Notes: a model not told the origin generated them from the sequence alone. A stretch of DNA of 64,000 nt from an uncultured Spirochaetota bacterium (GCA_963827275.1 CAWHAA010000007.1:160001-224000); one strand, 5' to 3'. Shown: positions 9,931-19,345, counted from the stretch's first letter. Numbers and translations are program-made.

Positions 9931-11463
9931 TTATTTTCTCGGAACACAATCCCCTTTTTCGTCCCTGGAATAGCCGTCCCTGCACAGACAGGTATTTTTG
10001 CGGTCCGACCAGACCTCGTTGCTCTTCGAGCATTTCTTGACGCACAGGTACTTGTTCGGCCCTTTCCAGTGCGGCACCTTCCGCTCGTCGGCCCTGCACG
10101 CGTCAGTACACGCGCCGAAGGAGTTGACGAGCTCGCAGGGTTCGCACCGGTTTGTCGCCCGGTTCAGCGAATACCCTTTTACGCACACGCAGGCGCTCCG
10201 GTCGGAGTTCCATTGCTCGTGCTCACGGCAGTCGCAGTAGCCGTATTCGTTTATTATACCGCGCCGCGCGGCGCATTCGGCCGTAAGCTTCTCCCGTTTC
10301 TTCTGCTGCACCGCGTGTTCCCGTTCCCAGGTCTCTTTCTGTTTTTTAAATTCCTCGAACTCCCTGTTGAGCTCCGCCTGCTTTTTCGCGACTATTTTTT
10401 CCTCGGTCTTCCTGGCTTCGCCCGCAAGCTTTTCCCGGATGACGGTTTTGGCGTCGTCGAGCTCCTTCTGCTTCTTGTTCAGCTCGGTCTCCCTGTCGTC
10501 GAGCTTCTTCTTCGCGATATTCAGCTGGTCCTTTGTCACGGTGAGCTCTGATCTCGTGCTTTCCAGCTCTTTTTTCACCCCGCCCAGCTGGTCCCTGGCG
10601 CTCAAGAGCTTCCCCCTCGTGTCGGAGAGCTCGTTCACGGCGGTGTCGAGGTTTTCCCTGGTGCCGGCAAGCTCTGACCTGGTCCCTTCCAGCTCGTTCC
10701 GCGCCTTCGCGAGGTTGTTCGATGCCGCGTTGAGCTCGTCCCGCGCCGCGCTCAGCCTCCCCTTCGTCGCGTCAAGCTCGCCCCTTGTTTTGTCGAGCTG
10801 CCCGGCGGTTTTATCGAGCTCGCCTTTCGTCGCGGCAAGACGGTCGCTCAACTCGCCGTACTTTTCGCGCGAGTCGTCAAGATCGTCCTGGAGGGACCTC
10901 TGCCGCGCGAGCATTTTTGAAACGCCGCCGAAGCTGTAGCGCGCCGCGATGCCCCAGTTGATGTCGAATTTCATCTTCGGCGTGATGACAAGGGCGGGGG
11001 CCGCGAAGAGCGACAGGGTCAGCGGGTATTTGGTAAAGGGCATGGACAACCCGATTGGGAGCCTGACATTGCTGTGAAAGTCCCTGTCCTGGTAGTCGTA
11101 TCCTACAAGCCCGCCGACGCCGTAGAAAAACCGGAGCTGCAGGTCCCGTGACCGGTAGAGGGTGAGGTGCTCGAAGAGCAGGTCGAGGGTAAAGACAAAG
11201 TCCCGCCTGATCGACGAACCGATGGTAAAATCTATCCCGAAAAAATCGACGATCCACCACCGCGCGTTTATGCCTGAGGGCATCCCCGCCGCGCCGCCGA
11301 TCTCGAAATTGCCTTTCTGTGAAAAGGGGTAGAGCGCCGCCATGCTGGCGGGCGCCCCCTGTCCGGGTGTTGCCTTTTTTTCATCCCCGTATGACGGCGT
11401 GACGTTCAGGCCGACAAGCATGACGGAAAGGATGATAATGCCGAGAGGTGGTTTCATGTGCAT
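9931..11463 (-). CDS. Secreted protein: putative small beta-barrel + long heptad coiled coil + Cys-rich C-terminus
   Basis: Signal peptide (start 11463 or 11457). Amphipathic strands ending WGIAARYSF. Heptads ELDKTAG/QLDKTRG/ELDATKG. 14 Cys in the last ~115 aa. Confidence 0.8.
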   Translation of the reverse strand: MHMKPPLGIIILSVMLVGLNVTPSYGDEKKATPGQGAPASMAALYPFSQKGNFEIGGAAGMPSGINARWWIVDFFGIDFTIGSSIRRDFVFTLDLLFEHLTLYRSRDLQLRFFYGVGGLVGYDYQDRDFHSNVRLPIGLSMPFTKYPLTLSLFAAPALVITPKMKFDINWGIAARYSFGGVSKMLARQRSLQDDLDDSREKYGELSDRLAATKGELDKTAGQLDKTRGELDATKGRLSAARDELNAASNNLAKARNELEGTRSELAGTRENLDTAVNELSDTRGKLLSARDQLGGVKKELESTRSELTVTKDQLNIAKKKLDDRETELNKKQKELDDAKTVIREKLAGEARKTEEKIVAKKQAELNREFEEFKKQKETWEREHAVQQKKREKLTAECAARRGIINEYGYCDCREHEQWNSDRSACVCVKGYSLNRATNRCEPCELVNSFGACTDACRADERKVPHWKGPNKYLCVKKCSKSNEVWSDRKNTCLCRDGYSRDEKGDCVPRK

Positions 11464-11533
11464 GCCCCCGTATGGTAACCAGTTTTAGAATAATTTTCGA
11501 CACACGGGTTACAAATAAATTCACGAAATGCGG

Positions 11534-12490
11534 TTACATCCCCAGTATCGAACCGAGTTCCGGCAGGGAAAAGAAATTGCTGTACAGGAACAGTCCGTAC
11601 AGGAGTAAAAGCCCGAAGGCTTCCCACCGGTTGATAATTTTTCCGGATGTAATGAATATCTGTATTATTACCGCTGAAAGCACCAGGAAGGGCATGGCAA
11701 ACCCGATTATCCCGCTGGAAATCGCAATGGGACTGATAAGGGTGCAGATGCCGAGGACCATCAGCTGCGTGAAGATGTTTGATGCGTACACCTCCCCGAT
11801 CGTCACGTCCGCCTTTTTTTTTAAGGTTGCTGCAAGGCTGATGGCGAGCTCCGGCAGGCTGGTGCCGAAGGCGAAGAGAATTACCCCCAGCGTCAGGGAG
11901 GGGATTCCCACCGCGAGTCCGAGCTTTTCACCGTTGTCCAGGGCCAGCTTCGCGCTGAAGATGATGCCGAAAATCGCGGCGACGGCCCAGAGCGCGTGGA
12001 CCAGGATTGTTCCTTTCGGGGCCTCGTCGTGCCGGTGCTTCTCCTTCCTCGCGGCGCGGATCACTGAAATGATATACGGGACATAGACAAGTATGAGCAG
12101 GGCGCCGTCAAGGCGGGAGAGCGTCCCGTCCATTGACAGGACCATGACCAGGGCGGCGGAGAGTATCATCCAGCTCGATTCCCTGTCCTTGATCTGGTCG
12201 TGGATGTCGATGGGGCGGATGAAGGCGCACACGGCGGTCACGAAGGTCAAGGTCACGAAATTGGACCCGATGACGTTGCCGACCGAGATATCCGGGTTTC
12301 CCCCGGCTATGGCGAACGCGGAGATGGTCAGCTCCGGCAGGGAGGAGAGCACGCTCACGCCGAGGACGGTGACGACCAGCTCGTTCACGCGGAAGAACTG
12401 CGCGATGGGCGTGATCTTCCTGAGAACGATCTCGGAGGACACCCAGAGGAGGGCGATCCCGGCGAGAAATAGTACGAGGTACAGAAGCAT
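11534..12490 (-). CDS. Na+/Ca2+ antiporter (CaCA, YrbG-like)
   Basis: Duplicated alpha-repeats SSLPEL..GNVIGSN and GTSLPEL..GEVYASN; about 10 TM helices. Confidence 0.9.
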   Translation of the reverse strand: MLLYLVLFLAGIALLWVSSEIVLRKITPIAQFFRVNELVVTVLGVSVLSSLPELTISAFAIAGGNPDISVGNVIGSNFVTLTFVTAVCAFIRPIDIHDQIKDRESSWMILSAALVMVLSMDGTLSRLDGALLILVYVPYIISVIRAARKEKHRHDEAPKGTILVHALWAVAAIFGIIFSAKLALDNGEKLGLAVGIPSLTLGVILFAFGTSLPELAISLAATLKKKADVTIGEVYASNIFTQLMVLGICTLISPIAISSGIIGFAMPFLVLSAVIIQIFITSGKIINRWEAFGLLLLYGLFLYSNFFSLPELGSILGM

Positions 12491-12527
12491 GCGACATCCC
12501 CCCTGTGCCGGACCGGGCCGCCGCGCG

Positions 12528-13469
12528 TCAGGTATTGATCCGCGCCGCCACCCACTCCTGTGATTTCCTGAACTGCGCGTTGCCGCCGGCGCTGTTCCCC
12601 TCCTCGGGGTAGACCTCCATCACCTTTTCACTCCTGATGTGGTTGAAGAGGCTGAAGACGCACTCGGGCGGCGATATCGTGTCCTTGAAGCCGACCGTGG
12701 CCAGCACCGGGCAGAAGATCATGTCGGCGAAGTTGAGGGCGTCGAAATAGGTGAGGTTGTCCTTGACGAGCTTTTTCTTGTTCCGTGCGGTCGCGACAAA
12801 CTCGTTGATCTCCCTGCTGGCGTCGCTCCTGGCGAGGTTCTGGCCCAGGGCCAGGTGGCAGAACGCCGGCGTGTCGAGCACCAGGGCCGCGATGCGGCCG
12901 GTGAAGGCGGTGATGAAGACGGCCGCGGCGGCCCCGAAGCCCTTGCCCATGGCGCCGATGGCGCTGCAGTTCAGGTCGGGGATGAGCCGCAGCAGGTCAA
13001 TGGCGCGGTAGAGGTCCAGGTACACGGCCTTCACGTAGTAGGCGTCGCGGTCCAGTATGTTCTCGATCAGGTATCCCGGGGAGGACGGCTCCTCTTCGTC
13101 GACTGACGGCGCGATGATGTTCGCGTGCCCCCTGAGGGTGATGAAGAAGTGGGCAAGCGAGTCCTCCAGCTCCTGCTGGGGGCGGGGAACAAGGTTGTTG
13201 TAGTCGTGCACATGGACCAGCGCCCTCGGCTTGCGGACCTTGCGCGGCACCAGGAGTTCCGCGGTGATCGTCGTCCTGGCAAAGCCCTTGTACGAAACGT
13301 CATAGGAAGTAAAGCGGTGCGATGATTTCCGGTTGTTTTTCGCCAGCTCGGTCTCAAGGGGCGCCTTTTTCGCCTCGGTGATTGAGCGCTCCCAGAACTG
13401 GTCGAAGTCGGCCTTTTTATCCTGTGGAGGAAGGTTCAGAAAATATTTGTCGAAATTGCTGAGTGGCAT
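12528..13469 (-). CDS. Acetylxylan esterase (CE7/AXE1)-like protein with degenerate active site
   Basis: DFDQFW, YYVKAVYLD, LTYFDALNFA, GFKDTISPP, FNHI family landmarks. Nucleophile elbow reads GKGFG. Confidence 0.8.
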   Translation of the reverse strand: MPLSNFDKYFLNLPPQDKKADFDQFWERSITEAKKAPLETELAKNNRKSSHRFTSYDVSYKGFARTTITAELLVPRKVRKPRALVHVHDYNNLVPRPQQELEDSLAHFFITLRGHANIIAPSVDEEEPSSPGYLIENILDRDAYYVKAVYLDLYRAIDLLRLIPDLNCSAIGAMGKGFGAAAAVFITAFTGRIAALVLDTPAFCHLALGQNLARSDASREINEFVATARNKKKLVKDNLTYFDALNFADMIFCPVLATVGFKDTISPPECVFSLFNHIRSEKVMEVYPEEGNSAGGNAQFRKSQEWVAARINT

Positions 13470-13476
13470 GGTTCCT

Positions 13477-13893
13477 TCAGCTGTTCGTTATTTTATAGAG
13501 TAAATAGTAATTGTTGCTGAACAACAGGTAAAGGAGGAGCAGCAGCACGGACGAGACAAAGAGAAAAAAGAAGAATATGGAAACGTAGTAGAACGGCTTC
13601 CGGACCATGTACCGGGCGATCTCTTCTTCCGGCAGGCCCTCCTTTTTAAGGCGGCGGACCTTCAGCCCGATTGACAGCAGGGCAATGGCCAGCAGCCCGA
13701 ACAGGGAAAGGTCCCTGACGATAAAATTGAAGGTCTCCTTGTTGCGCACCGCGAAGACGGTGACCGGGTAAATGAGGAGGTTCATAATTATCACCGACAG
13801 GACGGCGACCCCCATTGTGAAAGCGGCAAGGGTCAGGAGGTCCCTGAACCGGTCGCGCAGTCTCCTTTTCTCATACAGATATCCATTATACAT
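13477..13893 (-). CDS. Hypothetical membrane protein (about 3 TM)
   Basis: Hydrophobic ORF from ATG 13893, co-oriented between the HEAT-repeat and esterase-like genes. Confidence 0.7.
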   Translation of the reverse strand: MYNGYLYEKRRLRDRFRDLLTLAAFTMGVAVLSVIIMNLLIYPVTVFAVRNKETFNFIVRDLSLFGLLAIALLSIGLKVRRLKKEGLPEEEIARYMVRKPFYYVSIFFFFLFVSSVLLLLLYLLFSNNYYLLYKITNS

Positions 13894-13933
13894 GCCGGGC
13901 CTTTTACTTGTTACGGGGTTACGGGTTTGTGCG

Positions 13934-15064
13934 TTATTTCTTTGTCTCTTTTTTTGCTTCAGGCTTGTCTTCTGTTTCGATGCCCATCGCTTCCAGCGCC
14001 TTTCCGGCGGCCTTCTGCACGCGCGGGTTTTGATCATATTTCATCTTGTATTTTAAAATGTCAATTGTTCTTTTGTCCTTGAAATCTTTTATCAGGCTGA
14101 TGGCCTTCAGCCGCACCTGGGCGCTGTTGCTCCTGAGCGCGTTGATCAGCTTCGGCACCGCGTCCGGGTCGCCGAGCCTCGCCAGCGCGGCGACCGAATA
14201 GAGGTAGAGGTTGTAGTATTTCTTCCGCTTCTTGGCGTCAAGGGAATCGATGGCGGTGATGACCTGCTTGATGTCGGGGGACGCCTCCTTCGCGCCGAGC
14301 TTTGCGAGAGAGCTGGCCGAATACGCCCTGAGCATTTCGTCCTCCGCCTCGTCCCTGTATATCTTCAGGAGGGCCTCCTTCGATTCCCCGGAGGGCACCT
14401 TCCCGAGGAAAAGCACCAGCTCCTCTTTCACGGCCTTGTGCGTTTTCGGGCTCTGCAGCGCTTCCTTCGCGAAGGGGACCATCTCCGCCGCCTTGAATTC
14501 GCCCAGCGTGTCTATGAGGGCCGTGGTCAGGTTGTTGTTCTCGTCCAGCTTGCGGGCCTTGAGCCGCTCCGCGAGCCGGTCTTTCGCGGCGGTCGCGTTG
14601 ATTTTCTTGAGGGCGTACACCGCCGAGGTGCGGACGTCTTCTGACCGGTGGTCGATTTTTTCCATCAGGAGGGGGAGCGCGGCGGTCTCCTTCATCTCGC
14701 CGAGCACGGTGATGGCTTTTATCAGCAGGTCGGGATCGTCCTCGTCTTTCATCAGGCTGATCACTTTTGCCGCGAGCCTGCCCCGTATGGCGGGGTCTTT
14801 CATCTTCTGGATGCTGCCGGTCGCCCGCGCCCGTTCCTCCTGCGTCCCGTACTCGAGGGTCTGCTCGATCATCCCGGCCTTTTGCTCCTCGGACATCGGG
14901 GGCTCCTTGACGGGCTCCTTTTTTTCCGCTTTCGCGGCATTGCCCGTCGCGGCAGGCGCGCCTGGTCCCGCGCTCTTTGTGGCGGTCTCCGCCGCGCGCG
15001 CGGCGCAGGCCGCCGCCATGAATATCGCCGCCGCGATTACCACGTACCGGTGTGTTCTCTTCAT
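13934..15064 (-). CDS. Exported HEAT-repeat protein
   Basis: Signal peptide MKRTHRYVVIAAAIF. HEAT repeats (EDVRTSAVYALKKI, AQVRLKAISLI, PRVQKAAGKAL). GGAGGGAG RBS. Confidence 0.85.
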   Translation of the reverse strand: MKRTHRYVVIAAAIFMAAACAARAAETATKSAGPGAPAATGNAAKAEKKEPVKEPPMSEEQKAGMIEQTLEYGTQEERARATGSIQKMKDPAIRGRLAAKVISLMKDEDDPDLLIKAITVLGEMKETAALPLLMEKIDHRSEDVRTSAVYALKKINATAAKDRLAERLKARKLDENNNLTTALIDTLGEFKAAEMVPFAKEALQSPKTHKAVKEELVLFLGKVPSGESKEALLKIYRDEAEDEMLRAYSASSLAKLGAKEASPDIKQVITAIDSLDAKKRKKYYNLYLYSVAALARLGDPDAVPKLINALRSNSAQVRLKAISLIKDFKDKRTIDILKYKMKYDQNPRVQKAAGKALEAMGIETEDKPEAKKETKK

Positions 15065-15204
15065 GGCTCTCCCTCCGTATCCGGACCGTGACGGCCCGCG
15101 ATTATGAATTGACAAATGATAAACCGGCCGGCATCAATTATGCGGCCAGTAAAAAAAGGGGCGGAAGGCGGTGCCTGCCTCCCCATACCGGGGGAATATA
15201 CAGC

Positions 15205-17268
15205 GTGGCGCGCGACTTGTCCATAAAAAAAAGGTTCCACGATATAATCGGCTTTATTGTGGGCCCGGCGGAAGGCGGCGCCCCTGTCCCCGGGGTGGAT
15301 ATCAGCGGCCAGTTCAGGCCCGGGGAGCGGGATGACGTCTCCCTGGCCCGCAACCTGAACGCGGCGTTTTGTATCGCCCTTTCGGGCCATGACGCTCCCT
15401 GCTACGGTACGGCCCGCGGGTACCTTGAGGGGGCGGGTGGTGCGGCGGCGGAGTTTTTCATCCGCGGGATCGGGCTCATTGAACGGGAGGTTGAAGAGCG
15501 GTACGGGGCGGACGACGGCTTCCGCCATGATGTTGACACGCTGCACAGCGCCATCACCGCCGCAGGGCCGCGCCCGGCCGGGGAGGACGCGATCGCGCGC
15601 CTGTGGCGGCTCTTTTTCCCGGAAGGAGTGTCCCGCGCCGACTTCAGCTCACGCGTGGCGGAGCTCAGGGAAAAGAGGCGCGTCACGATCACCGCGATGA
15701 ACCCGCGGCCGGTCCGGGCCCCGGAGCGGGAGGTGCTCTTCACCGCGAACGCGCTCCTGACCGTGCCGCCGCGGCCCGCCGGCGCCGCGGGCCTGTCCCC
15801 CGGGGTGCGGGAGGCGGTAGCTGCGGCCGCGGCGGAAGAACAGCGCCACTGGTATGACCACCCGGTGCCGGTTACGGACGATTGCGACAACGAGATCATA
15901 TACGGGCTGCGCAACCTGTCGGAGGCGGTCCTCTTCGAGGAGGGGGCCGGGTGCAGGGAGCCCGGCGCGGACATCGACTGCGTGCTGTCGGTGTCGGTCA
16001 CTCATCCGTCCCTCCGCGGCGCGGCCGGGCCCTGGCTCGCGTCACTGCTCGCGCGCACCGGCCAGCTGCGCGGCGTCAGCCTCTACCCATTCACTGAAGA
16101 CGACACCGTCAGGCTGCTGGACGAAGTCCTGGTGCCGGCCGCCCGTCGCTGGCTTCCCGGCCGCGACGACGCACCGCTCAGGGAGGTCTTCGGCGTTGAC
16201 GGCGAATACGGGAGGCATTACAGCTTCTTGAAAGCGATCGCGTCGTTCTGGCGCGTGTTCATCGCGCCGGAGATCCGGGCCGTCTTCAAGATCGACCTCG
16301 ACCAGGTGTTCCCCCAGGAGGAGCTCGTCCGCGTAACCGGCGCCTCGGCCTTCGGTCACCTGAAAACGCCGCTCTGGGGCGCCCGCGGCGTGGACAGCGC
16401 CGGCGAAGAAGTGTACCTGGGGATGCTGGCCGGCGCCCTTGTAAACAGGCGGGACATCGGCGCGTCCCTCTTCACCCCGGACGTGCCCTACCCGGAGAAC
16501 GTCCCGGCCGGGGACGAAGCGGTGTTCAGGAGCGCGGCGCCCCAGGCGGTGTCCACCGCCGCAGAGATGGCGAACGGCCCGCCGGGTGCCGGCGGCGGCA
16601 CGGCGGTCCAGCGCGTGCACGTTACCGGGGGCACGACCGGCATACTGACCGAGGCCCTGGAGCGGTACCGGCCCTTCACGCCCTCGTGCATCGGCAGGGC
16701 CGAGGACCAGGCCTACCTGCTTTCGGTGCTGTTCAGGCATGATGAGCGCGGCTTTCTTCGCTACGCCCACTGCCCGGGGCTCGTGATGCGTCATGACGCC
16801 GACCTCTTCGCAGAGGCGGCGGCGTCGGCGCGGAACGGCAAGGCGATCGGCGATCTCGTGCGCATCCTGCTCTTTTCCGATTACGCCCGGGCGCTCCCCT
16901 GGCCGGAGGAACGCATCAAGGAGGCGGTGGACCCCTTCACCGGCGCCTTTATCTCCCGCATACCGATAACTATCGTGTACCTGCGCTTCGCCCTCAGGGC
17001 GGCGCGGCGCTTCGCCGAAGACCCTGGCGAGGGGCTTCGCTTTTTTAATGAGGGGGTGCGGCGCCTCTCCGGCATGATGGGACCGCTGCGGCCGGGAGAA
17101 AACGCGTTTACAAACCTGTATGAAAGGGAACAACGGGGATGGGACCTTTACTACGACGTCCTGGCCGCGGCAGAGAAGAACGCCGCCGGCGGTGATGGCT
17201 TTGCCCTGGAGCTGATCGGGCGGGCCAGGGCCATCGTACGCTCGCTGAAGGCCTGTACCGGCGCCTAG
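15205..17268 (+). CDS. Large hypothetical protein, possible GT-A-fold domain
   Basis: Long ORF with probable GTG start after GGGGGA. FKIDLDQ and GRAEDQAYL motifs. Confidence 0.7.
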   Translation: MARDLSIKKRFHDIIGFIVGPAEGGAPVPGVDISGQFRPGERDDVSLARNLNAAFCIALSGHDAPCYGTARGYLEGAGGAAAEFFIRGIGLIEREVEERYGADDGFRHDVDTLHSAITAAGPRPAGEDAIARLWRLFFPEGVSRADFSSRVAELREKRRVTITAMNPRPVRAPEREVLFTANALLTVPPRPAGAAGLSPGVREAVAAAAAEEQRHWYDHPVPVTDDCDNEIIYGLRNLSEAVLFEEGAGCREPGADIDCVLSVSVTHPSLRGAAGPWLASLLARTGQLRGVSLYPFTEDDTVRLLDEVLVPAARRWLPGRDDAPLREVFGVDGEYGRHYSFLKAIASFWRVFIAPEIRAVFKIDLDQVFPQEELVRVTGASAFGHLKTPLWGARGVDSAGEEVYLGMLAGALVNRRDIGASLFTPDVPYPENVPAGDEAVFRSAAPQAVSTAAEMANGPPGAGGGTAVQRVHVTGGTTGILTEALERYRPFTPSCIGRAEDQAYLLSVLFRHDERGFLRYAHCPGLVMRHDADLFAEAAASARNGKAIGDLVRILLFSDYARALPWPEERIKEAVDPFTGAFISRIPITIVYLRFALRAARRFAEDPGEGLRFFNEGVRRLSGMMGPLRPGENAFTNLYEREQRGWDLYYDVLAAAEKNAAGGDGFALELIGRARAIVRSLKACTGA

Positions 17269-17510
17269 GGAATTACGCCGTCACGGCCCTTGCAGCTGAT
17301 GATGCTCAATGCGACGGCCCGTGATTCAACATCGAAGCAGTCGTTGTAATCGGCATAGCCGTTATCGGTAAGATAGCCGGCGTCCGAACAGTGGAGGTTC
17401 ACCACGGCCAGCTCGATCAGGGCGTACCTGTCGCAGACTTTGCCGAGATTGTCATCGCAGGAGCAGAGGAGCAGCAGCGACGCGGACAGCACTGCAAGCA
17501 GTGTTCTCAT
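17265..17510 (-). CDS. Small Cys-containing lipoprotein
   Basis: MRTLLAVLSASLLLLCSC lipoprotein signal; four further Cys. Confidence 0.6.
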   Translation of the reverse strand: MRTLLAVLSASLLLLCSCDDNLGKVCDRYALIELAVVNLHCSDAGYLTDNGYADYNDCFDVESRAVALSIISCKGRDGVIP

Positions 17511-17524
17511 GGCGTTTATTCCCC

Positions 17525-17827
17525 TCATTCCTTGCCCAGTATCCTGTTCAGGGATTCAACCTTGCCTTTCATCCGGTCGTCCATCCCGGCGCGGTAATCG
17601 ACCTTGAGCACCATGTATACCCTGCTGCAGTCGTTCTTCATCGCGTCCATGCACTCCTTGGCCACGCGGATGACGATGTCCCATTCACCCTCGAAGCAGG
17701 TCCCCATGGGGTTGATCTGGTACTCCAGCCCGCTTGATTGCACGATCTTCACCGCTTCCGCGACGTATGAACTGACGCTTTCGCCTTTATCCAGCGGGAA
17801 TATCGTAAGCTCTGCGAGTGCGCTCAT
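17525..17827 (-). CDS. MTH1187/UPF0045 thiamine-binding family protein
   Basis: ELTIFPLDKGESVSSYVA..SGLEYQINPMGTCFEGEWD..LKVDYR. Confidence 0.9.
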   Translation of the reverse strand: MSALAELTIFPLDKGESVSSYVAEAVKIVQSSGLEYQINPMGTCFEGEWDIVIRVAKECMDAMKNDCSRVYMVLKVDYRAGMDDRMKGKVESLNRILGKE

Positions 17828-17891
17828 CAGCTCCTCCTTGTGATATTAATGGCCCGGCCGCGGATATACCATAGCACCGGACGGTTAAATT

Positions 17892-18275
17892 TCAATTAGT
17901 TTCCGGTTTTACCTCGACCCGTTTTAAAAATTTCCCTGTTTTGCGCTCTATATACTCGGTCGAAAAGGCGGTACGCTCCACCACCAGGAAATACCCGTCC
18001 GGGTCGATCGCGTAGCCATTGTGGTACTCAGACACCATGACCGCCTGGTGGGGCATGAGCTCAACGGCCCTCTCTTCGCTGCCGTCGTAAAGCAGCAGGC
18101 CCATTGTTCCCCCCAGGCACACGAAAAGCTCGGGGCAGGAGTGCTTCTCCAGTATTTTGATACCCTCCGGCCCGGGCGTTTCCGGTCGATAGATGCCGGC
18201 GCGCCAGCTGTTTTCATCTTTAAAGATGACCGACCAGAGCGCGTCCGGGTGCAGGGTGGTGATGTCACTGTTCAT
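17892..18275 (-). CDS. Hypothetical cupin-like protein
   Basis: LEKHSCPELFV and EYHN pattern resembles cupin metal ligands. Confidence 0.6.
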   Translation of the reverse strand: MNSDITTLHPDALWSVIFKDENSWRAGIYRPETPGPEGIKILEKHSCPELFVCLGGTMGLLLYDGSEERAVELMPHQAVMVSEYHNGYAIDPDGYFLVVERTAFSTEYIERKTGKFLKRVEVKPETN

Positions 18276-18405
18276 GGGTAGTGTCCATTCATCGGGAAGG
18301 CGGGGTCGTGCTGCCGCGCCTCCATTGTGATAGATAGCATTATTGTATGGTTATTTATTTATGTCAATTTGTAATTTGAATGACCGGGCATGCGGTTCAG
18401 TGGGC

Positions 18406-18451
18406 ACAAAACATGAAGGCGGGGTCACGTGACCACGCCTTCATGTTTTGT
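18406..18451. terminator. Long hairpin downstream of tRNA-Gly (copy of a dispersed palindrome)
   Basis: ACAAAACATGAAGGCG...CGCCTTCATGTTTTGT inverted repeat. Confidence 0.7.
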
Positions 18452-18456
18452 ATCTT

Positions 18457-18527
18457 AGCGGGTGATGGGAATCGAACCCACGTGACCAGCTTGGAAGGCT
18501 GGAGTTCTACCACTGAACTACACCCGC
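18457..18527 (-). tRNA. tRNA-Gly(TCC), CCA not encoded
   Basis: Reverse complement GCGGGTGTAGTTCAGTGGTAGAAC-TCCAGC-CTTCCAA-GCTGG-TCAC-GTGGGTTCGATTCCCATCACCCGCT folds as a cloverleaf. Confidence 0.97.
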
Positions 18528-18719
18528 GTTCGGCTTATATTGTGTATGGGGTCTTTCGCGTTACCTCCGGCGCCCCATGTTCCGCATAGTTAATTTGATC
18601 TAAATAATTAACAAAAATTATTTTAACAGCATAGTGTCAAGGTCAAAAATTGTCGCATCTTCTTATTATCCACATCTTCGAACATAAACGCTGAAAGTGT
18701 AAAGATTTTTGTTTTATTC

Positions 18720-18773
18720 TTGACAAATTATGTCACATATGGTATATAGTGGGGAAAAGTGGGGATTAATGTT
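18720..18773 (+). promoter_or_regulatory. dcw promoter with MraZ-type direct repeats
   Basis: TTGACA (18720), 17-bp spacer, TATATA (18743). GTGGG at 18749 and 18759, degenerate copies at 18739 and 18769 (10-bp period), directly upstream of mraZ. Confidence 0.75.
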
Positions 18774-18803
18774 GAATATCTCCTGTTGGTGGTGACTAGA
18801 CTG

Positions 18804-19241
18804 ATGTTCATGGGTGAATACAATCCCACCCTGGATGAAAAAGGCAGGGTGGCGATCCCGGTGAAGCTCCGGAAGGCCTTCGGAGAGGACTCGGTCATCA
18901 ACACGCTGGTGCTTACCTACGGGTTCGACCAATGCATCATGGCCTTCCGCGAAGAGGACTGGGCGCGCTTTGTGAGCGAGAAGCTGGTGCCGCTGCCGCA
19001 GTCGAACCCCACCAACAGGAACTGGGTGCGCCACCTGATGGGCGGCGCCCGCAACCAGGAGCTTGACCGGCAGGGACGGATCGTCCTCCCCGCCAGTCAC
19101 CTTGAATACGCGCAGATAAAAAGCGACGTTACCATCCTGGGTCTGAATGACCGTATCGAGATCTGGGCGACTGATATATATAACCAGTTCCGGCCGGACC
19201 AGGATTCATTGAACGCCCTTGCGGGCGATCTCGGGATATAG
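18804..19241 (+). CDS. mraZ: Division/cell wall cluster repressor MraZ
   Basis: MFMGEY..LDEKGRVAIP, LDRQGRIVLP, DRIEIW. Confidence 0.95.
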   Translation: MFMGEYNPTLDEKGRVAIPVKLRKAFGEDSVINTLVLTYGFDQCIMAFREEDWARFVSEKLVPLPQSNPTNRNWVRHLMGGARNQELDRQGRIVLPASHLEYAQIKSDVTILGLNDRIEIWATDIYNQFRPDQDSLNALAGDLGI

Positions 19242-19345
19242 GGCGGCGGCAAGGGTGTGCCGCACACCCTTTGCGAGGCGTGTGGGACGCAGCGTGAAGG
19301 GAAAAGAAATCGGTTCTAATGCGACATAATACATGAGAGGGTGCT

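Noticed and set aside
18457..18527. tRNA-Gly as an integration site
   Set aside because: No integrase and no duplicated tRNA 3' end seen in the window.
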